DNA of 64,000 nt from positions 288,001-352,000 of the forward strand of contig CBDCWP010000021.1 in the NCBI GenBank assembly GCA_965223505.1, read 5' to 3'. The stretch comes from Planctomycetota bacterium. Lineage in GTDB: Bacteria > Planctomycetota > PLA2 > JAEUHO01. Below are positions 17,544 to 28,994 of this stretch, piece after piece; position 1 is the stretch's first letter; every line of letters starts with the position of its first letter. Both the position numbers and the translations under genes were made by a program. Under the pieces are notes generated by a model, which ran no database searches, had not been told where the DNA came from, and saw only the letters and a program-made list of their open reading frames with translations.

Positions 17544-18479
17544 CTAGCCGTCCGGCAGCGCCGCCATCGCCTTCTTGCGACGGCTTCGAATGAAGAAGAA
17601 GGCCACCGCCGCGATCAGCGCGATGCCGAAGAAGATCGTCCCGGTCAGGTCGCGCCAAAGCAGGTGGTACCAGGGGTCGGCCGTCTCCTCGAGCCGCGTC
17701 TTCCAGCGCGCATGCCACTGATCCACCGAGTGCTCCGTGCGCTTCCAGATCAGGTAGTCGAACGGTCCGTCGAATCCCTCCCCCTGCGGCGCGCCCTTGC
17801 CGTCGGCCACGTCCAGCAACACCGCGTGAAGCGCCGGCCAGCCGGCCTCGGCGATGAAGAACCGCACCCAGCTGCGCCCCTGCTGATACGCCAAGCCCGC
17901 GCGGCCGGCCTTGGCCGGGAATCGGTCGCGGATCTGGTCGAACGGGATCAGTCGGTCGAACGCCGCGGCGAAGTCCAGCGACGCGCCCGCGTCCACGGAG
18001 ATGCCGCCCCCGATCTCCTCCGCCAGTCCCTCCTCGAGCCACAGCGGGATCTCGCGGCGATGTCTGCCCGAGCGGCGCGCCCATGCCAGGTGAACCCACT
18101 CGTGCCGCAACACCGTGTTGGCGGAGCTGAAGGGCGTCGGCGGCTCGATGCGTTCGGCGCGCAGCACGATCAAGGACTTCGAGCTCACGCACACGCCGCC
18201 TGCCCATTCCGGGACGCCGCTGCCGGCCTCGGCACGCATTCGCTCGAGCCCGGATACCACCCAGATCGTGGCGGGGCCGCCGACGAACTCGAACCCGAGG
18301 CGCGTCTCGACCTCCTGACTGATGGCCGGCACGAGCCGCACGACCCGGGGACCGATATCGTCCAACCCCTCGTCCCACCTCACGGTATGGCCGTCCGCGG
18401 TCTGCATCTCGCCCGCAAACGCCGGCACGAGACCGGCGAAGAAAGCGAGGACGAGCAGCAGCAGGACGGTGGTTCGCAT
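17544..18479 (-). CDS. Peptidase MA-family zinc metallopeptidase-like protein, exported and C-terminally anchored
   Basis: Signal peptide; HEWVH (HExxH) followed by PLWLEEGLAE; C-terminal TM helix. Confidence 0.8.
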   Translation of the reverse strand: MRTTVLLLLVLAFFAGLVPAFAGEMQTADGHTVRWDEGLDDIGPRVVRLVPAISQEVETRLGFEFVGGPATIWVVSGLERMRAEAGSGVPEWAGGVCVSSKSLIVLRAERIEPPTPFSSANTVLRHEWVHLAWARRSGRHRREIPLWLEEGLAEEIGGGISVDAGASLDFAAAFDRLIPFDQIRDRFPAKAGRAGLAYQQGRSWVRFFIAEAGWPALHAVLLDVADGKGAPQGEGFDGPFDYLIWKRTEHSVDQWHARWKTRLEETADPWYHLLWRDLTGTIFFGIALIAAVAFFFIRSRRKKAMAALPDG

Positions 18480-18741
18480 GAGCGGCCGGGCATCGTACGC
18501 GTGGGGTGGGCGCGACGCGCGAAGGCCGCATGTTCAGCCCCCGCGACATCGGCGCGGGGTTCCATCGGACCACCAGCGATCCGAACCTGTTTCTTTCCAA
18601 TGAGTTACGGCCTGGAGGAACACTTCGGCGGGCGTGGGCATGGGCCGTGCGAGAGGCCGGCCCTGTCTTGCGAAGCTCTCGTGGGTGAACGAGAGCGGGC
18701 CGGAGACCTCCGACGGGACGAGAATCGCGAGGACTGGGGAT

Positions 18742-18769
18742 CGGGCCGGAGCCGAAAGGCTCCGGCCCG
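18742..18769. terminator. GC-rich stem-loop downstream of the usp gene
   Basis: CGGGCCGGAGCC-GAAA-GGCTCCGGCCCG, a perfect 12-bp stem. Confidence 0.6.
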
Positions 18770-18781
18770 CTTTCGTTCGGT

Positions 18782-19213
18782 CTAGAACCGCACGAGCAGC
18801 ACGTCGCACGGGGCCTTGCGCATGACGCGCTCCGCCACGCTGCCGATCAGCAGGTGGTCCAGCCGCGAACGGCCGTGGGTCCCCATCACGATCAGGTCCG
18901 GCTCGAGCTCCCGCACGGCCTCCAGGATCACCGTCGCCGGCTTCCCTTCCTTCACCATCGTTCCGAAGTCGTGCTCCGGGTGCGCCCGCGCTTCCTGCTC
19001 GAGCTTCTCCACCGACAGTTGCTTGATCTTGTCGATGTCCTTGCGGTGAGGGTAGATCCCGAACGCGCTCTCCGTCACGACCGGGAGCCACTCCACGACG
19101 TGAAACAACGTGATCTTGCCTTCGGGCGCGGCCACCCGCATCGCCGTCTGAAGGATGCGCTGGGAAGACTCCGCGAAGTCGAGCGGCACCAGGATGTTGT
19201 CAAAGCCCTTCAA
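18782..19213 (-). CDS. Universal stress protein (UspA family)
   Basis: ILVPLDF and DLIVMGTHGRS...LIGSVAERVMRKAPCDVL; TTG start with GGAG RBS. Confidence 0.93.
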   Translation of the reverse strand: MKGFDNILVPLDFAESSQRILQTAMRVAAPEGKITLFHVVEWLPVVTESAFGIYPHRKDIDKIKQLSVEKLEQEARAHPEHDFGTMVKEGKPATVILEAVRELEPDLIVMGTHGRSRLDHLLIGSVAERVMRKAPCDVLLVRF

Positions 19214-19256
19214 CGCACCGCTCCAACGTCAATCCGCCGCGCGCCAGTATCGCACA

Positions 19257-21098
19257 TCACTTGGGCGCAACGAGCCGGTCCCCCGCGACGACGCGACGCG
19301 CATTCAGAAAGTCCTTCACGGCCATCACGCGCCCGCCGGACGGCCGCACCCGCAGGATGCGCAGCACGCCCTCGGCACATGCCACGTCGATGCCCTCCTT
19401 CGATGCCGCCAGCACCGTCCCCGGCCGAACCTCGGTCTGCGTCTGCACGGCCTCGGGATCGACTTGCACGGCCCCCTCGGCCTCCGACGCCGTAGCCGGG
19501 GCGCCCGCCCCCTCCGCCAGCCTGGGATCGTCCGCAGGCGCGCACTCCGCGACGATCAACGGCAACGGCTCGTGCTTCACCTTGGGCTGCCACGCCGTCT
19601 GCGCCCCGGGCCAGCTCGTCACCGAACGAATCTGGTTGTAGACGTCGGCCGCCGGCGCGTCCCAGTCGATCACGCCGTCCTCTTTCGTGAGCTTGCCCAC
19701 GTACGTCGCGGCCTCGTGGTCCTGCTCACTCGGCTCGATCTCGCCGTCCAGGTACGAACCGAGTGTGCGCACGAGCAGGTCGGCGCCGACCTCCGCCAGC
19801 TTCACGGTCAGCTCGTCCGCCGTCTCTGTGCCGTTGAGCTTGATTCCACGCTGCGCCACCATCGGTCCGTGATCGAGCTCCTCGTCCATGACGAAGATCG
19901 TCACGCCCGACTTCTTCTCGCCCGCCCGAATCGCCGCTGCGACCGGACTCGCCCCGCGGTACTTCGGGAGCAGGCTCACGTGCACGTTCAGGCACCCATG
20001 CTTCGGAAGGTCCAGAACACCGCGCCCGAGCTTCTGCCCGAACCCCGCCGTGATGACCACGTCGGGGTTCTCGGCCTTGATCGCATTGCGCGACGTCATC
20101 CCGTTTACGTCGCCCGTTCGATGCAACGGAAGCTCGAGAATCTCCGCCTCCTTGGCGACCGGCACCTCTTGCTTGCGCCGTCCACGGCCCGACTTGCGCG
20201 GCGGCGGCGTCACGACCAGCAGCGGCTTGAAACCCGCGCCCACCAACGACCGCAGTGACGGAACGGCGAAATCGGGCGATCCCATGAACACGACACGGGG
20301 GCCGGCGGGCGCGTCCTCGATCTCGATGTGGTCGAGCGTGTCGGCGGCGAGGTCCTTGTCGACCTCGCCCTGAATCTCCAGGCCGGCTTCCCGCAAGCGA
20401 ACCTGGATGTCGTTCAGGCCCTCCTGCGTAACCTCGACCTTGCGTAGCTTCATCAGCTCCAACAGCGCGAGGAACGCGCCGATCACGTACGTGCGGTCGC
20501 GCTTCGCCCCGATCAGCTCCGTGAAGCTGAGCGCGCCGCCCTCCGACGTGAGGTGATCGAAGATCAACCCGACGAAGTGCGTGATCGGAAGCCGCTCCTT
20601 CGGCATGTGCACCGACTCGTCGTCGCCCGTCTCGCGCATGAGCCGCTGGAAGGCCTCGACGAGCACGAACAAGTCCACCTCGAGCGGATCCTCGGACCGA
20701 TCACGCTGCGCGGCGGGCTGCGTCACCTTCGCCTGACGCTTGTCCCGTTGTTGCGCGGCGCGTTCTTCGAGCTCCGCCGAGATGTGCTTGAAGTCGCGGT
20801 ACTCGATGAGCTGCCGCACGAGGTCGAGCCGCGGATCGATCTCCTCGACATCGACCTCGGTTTCGCGCGGCAGCAGCGCACGGCTCTTCATGACGAGAAG
20901 CTGACTCGCCATGACCAGAAACTCACCGGCCTGGTCGACGTCGAGGTCTTGTACCTGGTTGCGACAGATGTCGAGGAAGCGGTCGGCGATGCGAGCGATC
21001 GAGATCTCGTAGATGTCGACCTCCTCCTGTTGCACGAGGTGCAGGAGCAGGTCCAGGGGGCCTTGAAAAGCGGCTAGATCGACGCGGAGCTCGTCCAT
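19257..21098 (-). CDS. scpA-fmt: Fusion of ScpA (SMC kleisin, N-terminal about 250 aa) and methionyl-tRNA formyltransferase Fmt (C-terminal)
   Basis: FQGPLDLLLHLV..EVDIYEISI, EFLVMASQLL.MKSRALLP and FLALLELMK (ScpA) continue in frame into RVVFMGSPDFAVPSL, NVHVSLLPKYRGASP, MDEELDHG, ATYVGKLTKEDG.IDW (Fmt). Confidence 0.9.
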   Translation of the reverse strand: MDELRVDLAAFQGPLDLLLHLVQQEEVDIYEISIARIADRFLDICRNQVQDLDVDQAGEFLVMASQLLVMKSRALLPRETEVDVEEIDPRLDLVRQLIEYRDFKHISAELEERAAQQRDKRQAKVTQPAAQRDRSEDPLEVDLFVLVEAFQRLMRETGDDESVHMPKERLPITHFVGLIFDHLTSEGGALSFTELIGAKRDRTYVIGAFLALLELMKLRKVEVTQEGLNDIQVRLREAGLEIQGEVDKDLAADTLDHIEIEDAPAGPRVVFMGSPDFAVPSLRSLVGAGFKPLLVVTPPPRKSGRGRRKQEVPVAKEAEILELPLHRTGDVNGMTSRNAIKAENPDVVITAGFGQKLGRGVLDLPKHGCLNVHVSLLPKYRGASPVAAAIRAGEKKSGVTIFVMDEELDHGPMVAQRGIKLNGTETADELTVKLAEVGADLLVRTLGSYLDGEIEPSEQDHEAATYVGKLTKEDGVIDWDAPAADVYNQIRSVTSWPGAQTAWQPKVKHEPLPLIVAECAPADDPRLAEGAGAPATASEAEGAVQVDPEAVQTQTEVRPGTVLAASKEGIDVACAEGVLRILRVRPSGGRVMAVKDFLNARRVVAGDRLVAPK

Positions 21099-21333
21099 GC
21101 GCCCAGAGTCTACGCCCCCTGTTCCTCAGGCTTCGCTAAGCCCAACCCCCTTGAATTGGGGGCCGCCCGAGGGAACGACCGCAGGACCCCTTGTTCGTAT
21201 GGACGTAGGTGATCCGATGTGGGAAAACAAGCCCCGTCTACACCGCGCTTCGGGCGGAGGGATTGCAAGCCGAAGGCGTAGAATTGCGGGACAGCCGGAC
21301 GGCCGCCCCGGGGTGGGCTACGAAGGAGGCGAG

Positions 21334-21870
21334 GTGAGCTCGGTGATGCGAAGGATCCGGCTCTTCGCGATGGACGTCGATGGGACCCTCACGGACGGAA
21401 CCATCACGTACACCGCGGATGGCAGCGAGTTGAAGACGTTTCACGCTCGCGACGGCCAAGGCATCAAGCTCCTTCGACTCGCCGGCATCGTCCCGGCGCT
21501 CATCAGCGGGCGCACGTCCGCACACGCCGCACGCCGGGCCGCCGAGCTCGGCATCGAAGAGGTGCACCAGGGCGTGCACGACAAGGCCGCCGTCCTCGAC
21601 GCGTTGTGCGCGCGCATGGGACTCTGTTCCGGCGACGCCGGCTTCATCGGCGACGACCTCTCCGACATTCCGGCCATGCGTCACGCGGGCTTCTCCGCGG
21701 CGCCGGCGAACGCCGCCCCGGAGACGCGCGCCGCCGCGACGTTCGTTTGCTCCGCCGACGGCGGCATGGGCGCCGTTCGTGAAGCGATCGAAGCCCTGCT
21801 TCGTTCCCAGAACCGCTGGGACGACGTCCTGTCCATGCTCGACGCGGCCGCGCAGGAGGCGGGAGCGTGA
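21334..21870 (+). CDS. kdsC: 3-deoxy-D-manno-octulosonate 8-phosphate phosphatase (HAD family)
   Basis: MDVDGTLTDG, ISGR, GDDLSD and GGMGAVREAIE; AAGGAGG RBS before GTG 21334. Confidence 0.9.
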   Translation: MSSVMRRIRLFAMDVDGTLTDGTITYTADGSELKTFHARDGQGIKLLRLAGIVPALISGRTSAHAARRAAELGIEEVHQGVHDKAAVLDALCARMGLCSGDAGFIGDDLSDIPAMRHAGFSAAPANAAPETRAAATFVCSADGGMGAVREAIEALLRSQNRWDDVLSMLDAAAQEAGA

Positions 21871-24800
21871 AGCGCGTTCTCACCTTCCTTCTGCTCGCCG
21901 CCGTCGGGATCGGCGTCCTTCTGTGGAAGGCCGGCGATTGGAACGGGATCAGCCCCGAGGAGAGCGACTCGGGCTCGACGACGGAACGCGCCCGCGCACC
22001 GCGCACGGCCGTGACCGGCGACTCGGGCGTCCCCGTGCCCGATGCCGGCGTCACGTTCGGCAAAGGCAGACAGCTCGAGCTCGCCTCGGACGCCGAGTTC
22101 TTCACCTGGAGCGATCCGGAGGCGCCCGACGACATCGTCGAGATTCCGAACTTCATCCGCTACGAGTTCAAGACGGCAGACTTCGAGCCGCTGTCACGGG
22201 ACGACGCGGACCGCCTCGGCGTGCTGTGCCACGACGTCGTGCTGAAGACCTATCGCAATCCGCGCACCCGCGCGGAGGCGCTCGCGGTCAAGCAGGGCCG
22301 GCCCGGCGCGCGCAAGCGACTGTTGAGCCGTGTTTTCACGGCCTCCGAGGCCCGCGCCTACGGGCGCCTCGCGGAGCGCATCGGCGGCGCCGACGACGAG
22401 ATGGACCTGAGCAACGACTCGAAGATCCACCTGACGGGGAACGTCGAGGTCGAAGACCTCGACGAGGACGTCGTCATCACGGGTTCCGACTTGACGGTGA
22501 TGCCGAAGATCGAGTCCGCGTCCGGCGAAGGCCGCTTCGAGCTGGTCCACGACGGCTTCACCATCACCGGCGACGGCCTCGAGCTCGACAAACTCGCCGG
22601 CGACCGCACGCGCATCAAGATCAAGCAAAGCCCGATCTTCGACCTCAAGCGCGACGTGCGCGACAAGCAAGACCGCTCTGTGCTGGGCTTCGAGGAGGGG
22701 GCGTTCCGGCCGAGCTCCATTCGGGCCGAGGGCCACGCCATCGTCATGCGTGACGACTTCGGCAACCAGTCCCAGCTCGAGATCGAATTCCAAAGGCACG
22801 TTCGCGCCGAGCAGGAGGGCGGACGCAGCCTCCACGCTCATCGAATGGTGATGGTCGCGCGCAAGCCGCGCGAGGAGCGCGCGAAGGAAAAGGGCTGGCA
22901 CGTCGACGAAGTGCGCGCCACCGCGATCAAGAACGGCAAGGTTCGTCTGGAGTACGCCGACCAGTCCAACAAGGGAACGTCGCTGCTCTCGGTCTCGGCC
23001 TCACGGCTCAAGCACGTCATGCCCAAGAACGGGCGCTCGACGACGCTGTTGGAAGGCGGCACGGTCTTCGTGTTCCGCGAGGTCCCGCCGGGCGGCGTCG
23101 ACGATCGCTCGAACGGCATGGTTCACGTCTCGTGCCGCCGGCGTGCTTGGATCGGCCCCTACCGTGAGGGCCCGGTGCCCGAGGGGCTGAAGCGTGACGA
23201 GCTGCAACGCATCTCGTTGGTCGGAGACGCGCGCATCGAGCGGCACGGCTCGGTGCGCCGCTCGTTCCAGGACGTGATCTCGGGCGACGAGATCGAGTTC
23301 ATCTTCATGTCCGCGAGCGATCCCTTCACATCACGGCCCACGCGCGCGAATCGCACGGACGGCGAGGAGCCGGGCGGATTGATCGCGGTCGCGTTCACCG
23401 CGCTTGGCAACGTGAACGTCTCCGGCACGCGCGTGAACGGAACCACCGAACGGCTCGTCGCGCGGGCACTGCACACCGAACGGCCTTGGGTGATTGCGTC
23501 CGGACAGGCGACGCGTTTCCGGTTCACGGACATCCGCAACGACCAGCGGCTTCTCGGCGGACAGCCCGCCGTGCAGGCCGACGGAGCGACCGCCCCGGCC
23601 GCCTCCACGAAGGGCGAGTGGAAGCTTCGCTACTTGCGCGCCCGCCAAGACGTGATCGTCCAGACGAGCCTGGGCGGCCCCTCCTTCGGCATTCCGGCGC
23701 GTGTCACCGGCGAGGCCCTGGACTACGACGACCAGACCGGCCTCGCGCAGGTGACGGGGACGCCCGTGGCGCCGGCCTTCCTCTCCGCCGAGGCGGCGAA
23801 CGGAAAGCCCAACACGATTCATGCGCACACGCTCTCGCTTCGCCGCGGCACCGGTCAGGTGACGGCGAACGGCAACGTGCGCAGTGTCATCTTCGTGACG
23901 TCGAAGCGCGGCCAGGGCCCCAGCGGCATGCGCGCCGCGATGCGTAGCGCGCCGCCCAAAGAAGCCGCGGCGCTCGAGATCGAAACCGATCACGAGATCG
24001 ACATCCGAATGGTGCGAACACCCACGGCCATGCGAGCGCAGGAGGACGCGGAGCAGATCATCACCATCAACGGACCGCTCACCGCCGAGCTGCGTGCCAA
24101 CGACCTCACCGTTGACCGGATGCGCGCCCGCTCGATGAAGCTGAGCATGGTGCTCGCCTCGCCCGAGGCGGCGCAGGCCGCGCCCACGACGGCCCGCGCC
24201 GGTTTCGGCCATACCGTTCGCGGCAACGAGCCGACCCGCACCATCCCGGCAGCCGAGATGACCGAGGTCGAGATCGACGCCGCCGAGATCACCGCGAACG
24301 TGCTCACTGACGGCAAGCGCGTCTTCGAAGCGTTCGGCGGCGTCGAGCTTCGCACGGAGATGGGCCGGGTGCTCGGCCAGCGGATGGTGTTCGACGAGAG
24401 CGCGCGCGAAGTTCGGGTCACCGGCAGCGACCAGCACAAGGCGGAAGCCTGGTACGGCACGAGCGAGGCGCGCAATCACGTCGTGTCCGAACAGTTCGTC
24501 CTGCTCCTGGGAGACCACGGAGGCGAGCGCCTCGTCGCGCGCGGCAAGGCCGACGATCCGGTCGTTGCCCGCCTGTACCGCAAGAACCCCGAGACACCGG
24601 GCCGCACCGAGCACTACTTCGTCACGTGCTGGGCCAAGATCACGATCCTCCCCGAGCGGCTCGACGCCGAAGACGTTCGCGTCATCCGAACGATCACCGG
24701 ACAAGGCGCCGACACACAGGCTCGACTGCGCCTGTACGCCAAGCGGCTGCGCGTGACCGGCCGGCACTTCCTATCAGCGGAGGAGACCGATGTACGTCGT

Positions 24801-25055
24801 GTCGTTGCAAGCGGCAAGGACACCTATTTCGGCTCCGGGAGCGGCATCAAGGACGACACGCGGGTTTGGGGCTCGCGCTTCGACCTCGACGTGCCTCGAC
24901 AAGAAGCGACGATTACCGGAACACCGGACGAGGACGTGGTTTTCCAGCACAAGGACGAGGTTCACAGCGAGCAGTCGACGGTTACGATCGATCTCGCCAC
25001 CGGCCTCCCCAAGAACTGGAGAGCTGGAAGGGTGATCCGGAAGAAACCCAAATGA
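21867..25055 (+). CDS. Large membrane-anchored beta-rich protein, probably multi-repeat LptC/LptA (OstA-like)
   Basis: N-terminal TM anchor; repeated strand patterns (LTGNVEV, ALGNVNV, ANGNVRS, AFGGVEL, LDYDDQTG); GTGA overlap with kdsC, in the usual lptC position. Confidence 0.55.
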   Translation: MKRVLTFLLLAAVGIGVLLWKAGDWNGISPEESDSGSTTERARAPRTAVTGDSGVPVPDAGVTFGKGRQLELASDAEFFTWSDPEAPDDIVEIPNFIRYEFKTADFEPLSRDDADRLGVLCHDVVLKTYRNPRTRAEALAVKQGRPGARKRLLSRVFTASEARAYGRLAERIGGADDEMDLSNDSKIHLTGNVEVEDLDEDVVITGSDLTVMPKIESASGEGRFELVHDGFTITGDGLELDKLAGDRTRIKIKQSPIFDLKRDVRDKQDRSVLGFEEGAFRPSSIRAEGHAIVMRDDFGNQSQLEIEFQRHVRAEQEGGRSLHAHRMVMVARKPREERAKEKGWHVDEVRATAIKNGKVRLEYADQSNKGTSLLSVSASRLKHVMPKNGRSTTLLEGGTVFVFREVPPGGVDDRSNGMVHVSCRRRAWIGPYREGPVPEGLKRDELQRISLVGDARIERHGSVRRSFQDVISGDEIEFIFMSASDPFTSRPTRANRTDGEEPGGLIAVAFTALGNVNVSGTRVNGTTERLVARALHTERPWVIASGQATRFRFTDIRNDQRLLGGQPAVQADGATAPAASTKGEWKLRYLRARQDVIVQTSLGGPSFGIPARVTGEALDYDDQTGLAQVTGTPVAPAFLSAEAANGKPNTIHAHTLSLRRGTGQVTANGNVRSVIFVTSKRGQGPSGMRAAMRSAPPKEAAALEIETDHEIDIRMVRTPTAMRAQEDAEQIITINGPLTAELRANDLTVDRMRARSMKLSMVLASPEAAQAAPTTARAGFGHTVRGNEPTRTIPAAEMTEVEIDAAEITANVLTDGKRVFEAFGGVELRTEMGRVLGQRMVFDESAREVRVTGSDQHKAEAWYGTSEARNHVVSEQFVLLLGDHGGERLVARGKADDPVVARLYRKNPETPGRTEHYFVTCWAKITILPERLDAEDVRVIRTITGQGADTQARLRLYAKRLRVTGRHFLSAEETDVRRVVASGKDTYFGSGSGIKDDTRVWGSRFDLDVPRQEATITGTPDEDVVFQHKDEVHSEQSTVTIDLATGLPKNWRAGRVIRKKPK

Positions 25056-25459
25056 ACGTCGCCACCACCCTGGCGTTTCTCAGTCCCGGCCTCTTCGAGA
25101 TCATGGTGATCGGCGTCGTGGCCCTGCTCGTGTTCGGCGGGAACCTACCGGACGTGATGCGCAACGTCGGCCGCGCGTACGCGAAGTTCCGGCAGGGATT
25201 ACAGGACATCTCGAAGCCGGTGCGCGAAGAGATCCGACAGGTGCGGGAGCTGCCGCAAAGCGCGCCGATGCAGGGAAGCGACGGCGAGCGCCGCAACGAG
25301 GGCAATGAAGACCTCTACGCGCCGGATGAGACGCCGACCGACGACGCGGACGACAGCTCGACCTCGGGTGCGCCCGAGGAGGAAGCGCGCCGGCGTAAGG
25401 CTCAGGACGACGGCGAAGACACGTACGAAGGCGTCGCGGACGAACCGCCGCCGATCTGA
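25052..25459 (+). CDS. tatA: Twin-arginine translocase TatA/TatB family subunit
   Basis: PGLFEIMVIGVVALLVFGGNLPDVMRNVGRAYAKFRQG with an acidic tail; ATGA overlap with the upstream gene. Confidence 0.85.
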   Translation: MNVATTLAFLSPGLFEIMVIGVVALLVFGGNLPDVMRNVGRAYAKFRQGLQDISKPVREEIRQVRELPQSAPMQGSDGERRNEGNEDLYAPDETPTDDADDSSTSGAPEEEARRRKAQDDGEDTYEGVADEPPPI

Positions 25460-25485
25460 ACGCCGCGCTCGGTTTGCCGAGTCGG

Positions 25486-26043
25486 CTACTCCTCGGCCTC
25501 GGCCTCGGCGGCGCTCTGTTCCTGCTCGATCTCTTCGCTCACGCGGCGTTCGCCCGTGTCGAAGATCGACTGCCAACTGGTGTCGGACGAGACGTCGACG
25601 ACCTTGACGTTCTCCTGAAGCGCCTGCTGCACCTCTTGGACCTCGGAGACGAAGAAGAAGAGCGAGTTGCCGCACGTCTCGCGCAGGGCCTCGATGGCCT
25701 CGCGCGACGGCGGCTCGACGACCGCGAACGACCAACAGCGGCCGAAGCGGCCCACGGGGACGATCTGGTACTGGTACAGCGTCGACGCGGGCACGCCCTC
25801 GAGCAGACCGGCATCGAACCGGTAGTCGAATAGCGGCAGCACCGGCATCTGGTAGTGGGTCGCGACGGTCTTCGCGAGGTCCCACGCCGTCAGATGGCCG
25901 GCCTCGACCAGTACGGCGCCGAACGGCTCGTTCGACTCGTACGCGGCCTCGACAAGCTCGTCGGCTTGTTCCTGGTTCAGTACGCCCTGGGTGACCAGTA
26001 CGTCCCGCAAGCTGCGGCGGTGAAAGCGCTCAAAGGGGTCCAT
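25486..26043 (-). CDS. Stand-alone MshEN / T2SSE-N-like domain protein
   Basis: RSLRDVLVTQGVLNQEQ...EPFGAVLVEAGHLT...YQIVPVGR...AVVEP, resembling the N-terminus of PilB/GspE; no ATPase domain. Confidence 0.65.
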   Translation of the reverse strand: MDPFERFHRRSLRDVLVTQGVLNQEQADELVEAAYESNEPFGAVLVEAGHLTAWDLAKTVATHYQMPVLPLFDYRFDAGLLEGVPASTLYQYQIVPVGRFGRCWSFAVVEPPSREAIEALRETCGNSLFFFVSEVQEVQQALQENVKVVDVSSDTSWQSIFDTGERRVSEEIEQEQSAAEAEAEE

Positions 26044-26164
26044 CGAAACTCTCCGCGCTTCTTATCGACCACAGCGCGGCGCCGCGTGAACCCCCAGTTC
26101 GGGCGCTGCACGAACTTTGCACAGGCAGAGCTAAGTATCTGTTCTCAAGGTACTTAGAACCTCG

Positions 26165-28639
<2,475 letters not shown>

Positions 28640-28659
28640 TCACTGCAGCGATCTGCCTC

Positions 28660-28992
28660 TCATGCACCTCGCCCGTCCGTCTCCGGAACGAACTGCAGTC
28701 CGATGAGGACCACGTCCGGCAGGGCGACGCGCAACACGTCGAGAAGCCTGTCCTTGTGGAAGTGTGTGAGCTCGTCACGGAGCACCGACGATCGAACGCC
28801 GATCTCCAGAACACCTCCTTCGAGCCGTCGCAGCTCGGTTGCTTCGAGCCAAGCCGGTTCGCAAACATTCTCCCAGGCGCGGGCCACCGCGGTTCCGATG
28901 CGTTGCGAGGGGACGCCCATGTCACGCAGGACCTTCGAAACGAGGTCCCCTGCTCGCTGGGACTTCCGCACGGAGCGCCGGTCGCCCATCAC
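28660..28992 (-). CDS. dciA: DciA (DUF721) helicase-loading protein
   Basis: 110 aa; AWENV...LEGGVLEIGVRSSVLRDEL pattern; located between dnaN and gyrB. Confidence 0.8.
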   Translation of the reverse strand: MMGDRRSVRKSQRAGDLVSKVLRDMGVPSQRIGTAVARAWENVCEPAWLEATELRRLEGGVLEIGVRSSVLRDELTHFHKDRLLDVLRVALPDVVLIGLQFVPETDGRGA

Positions 28993-28994
28993 AC

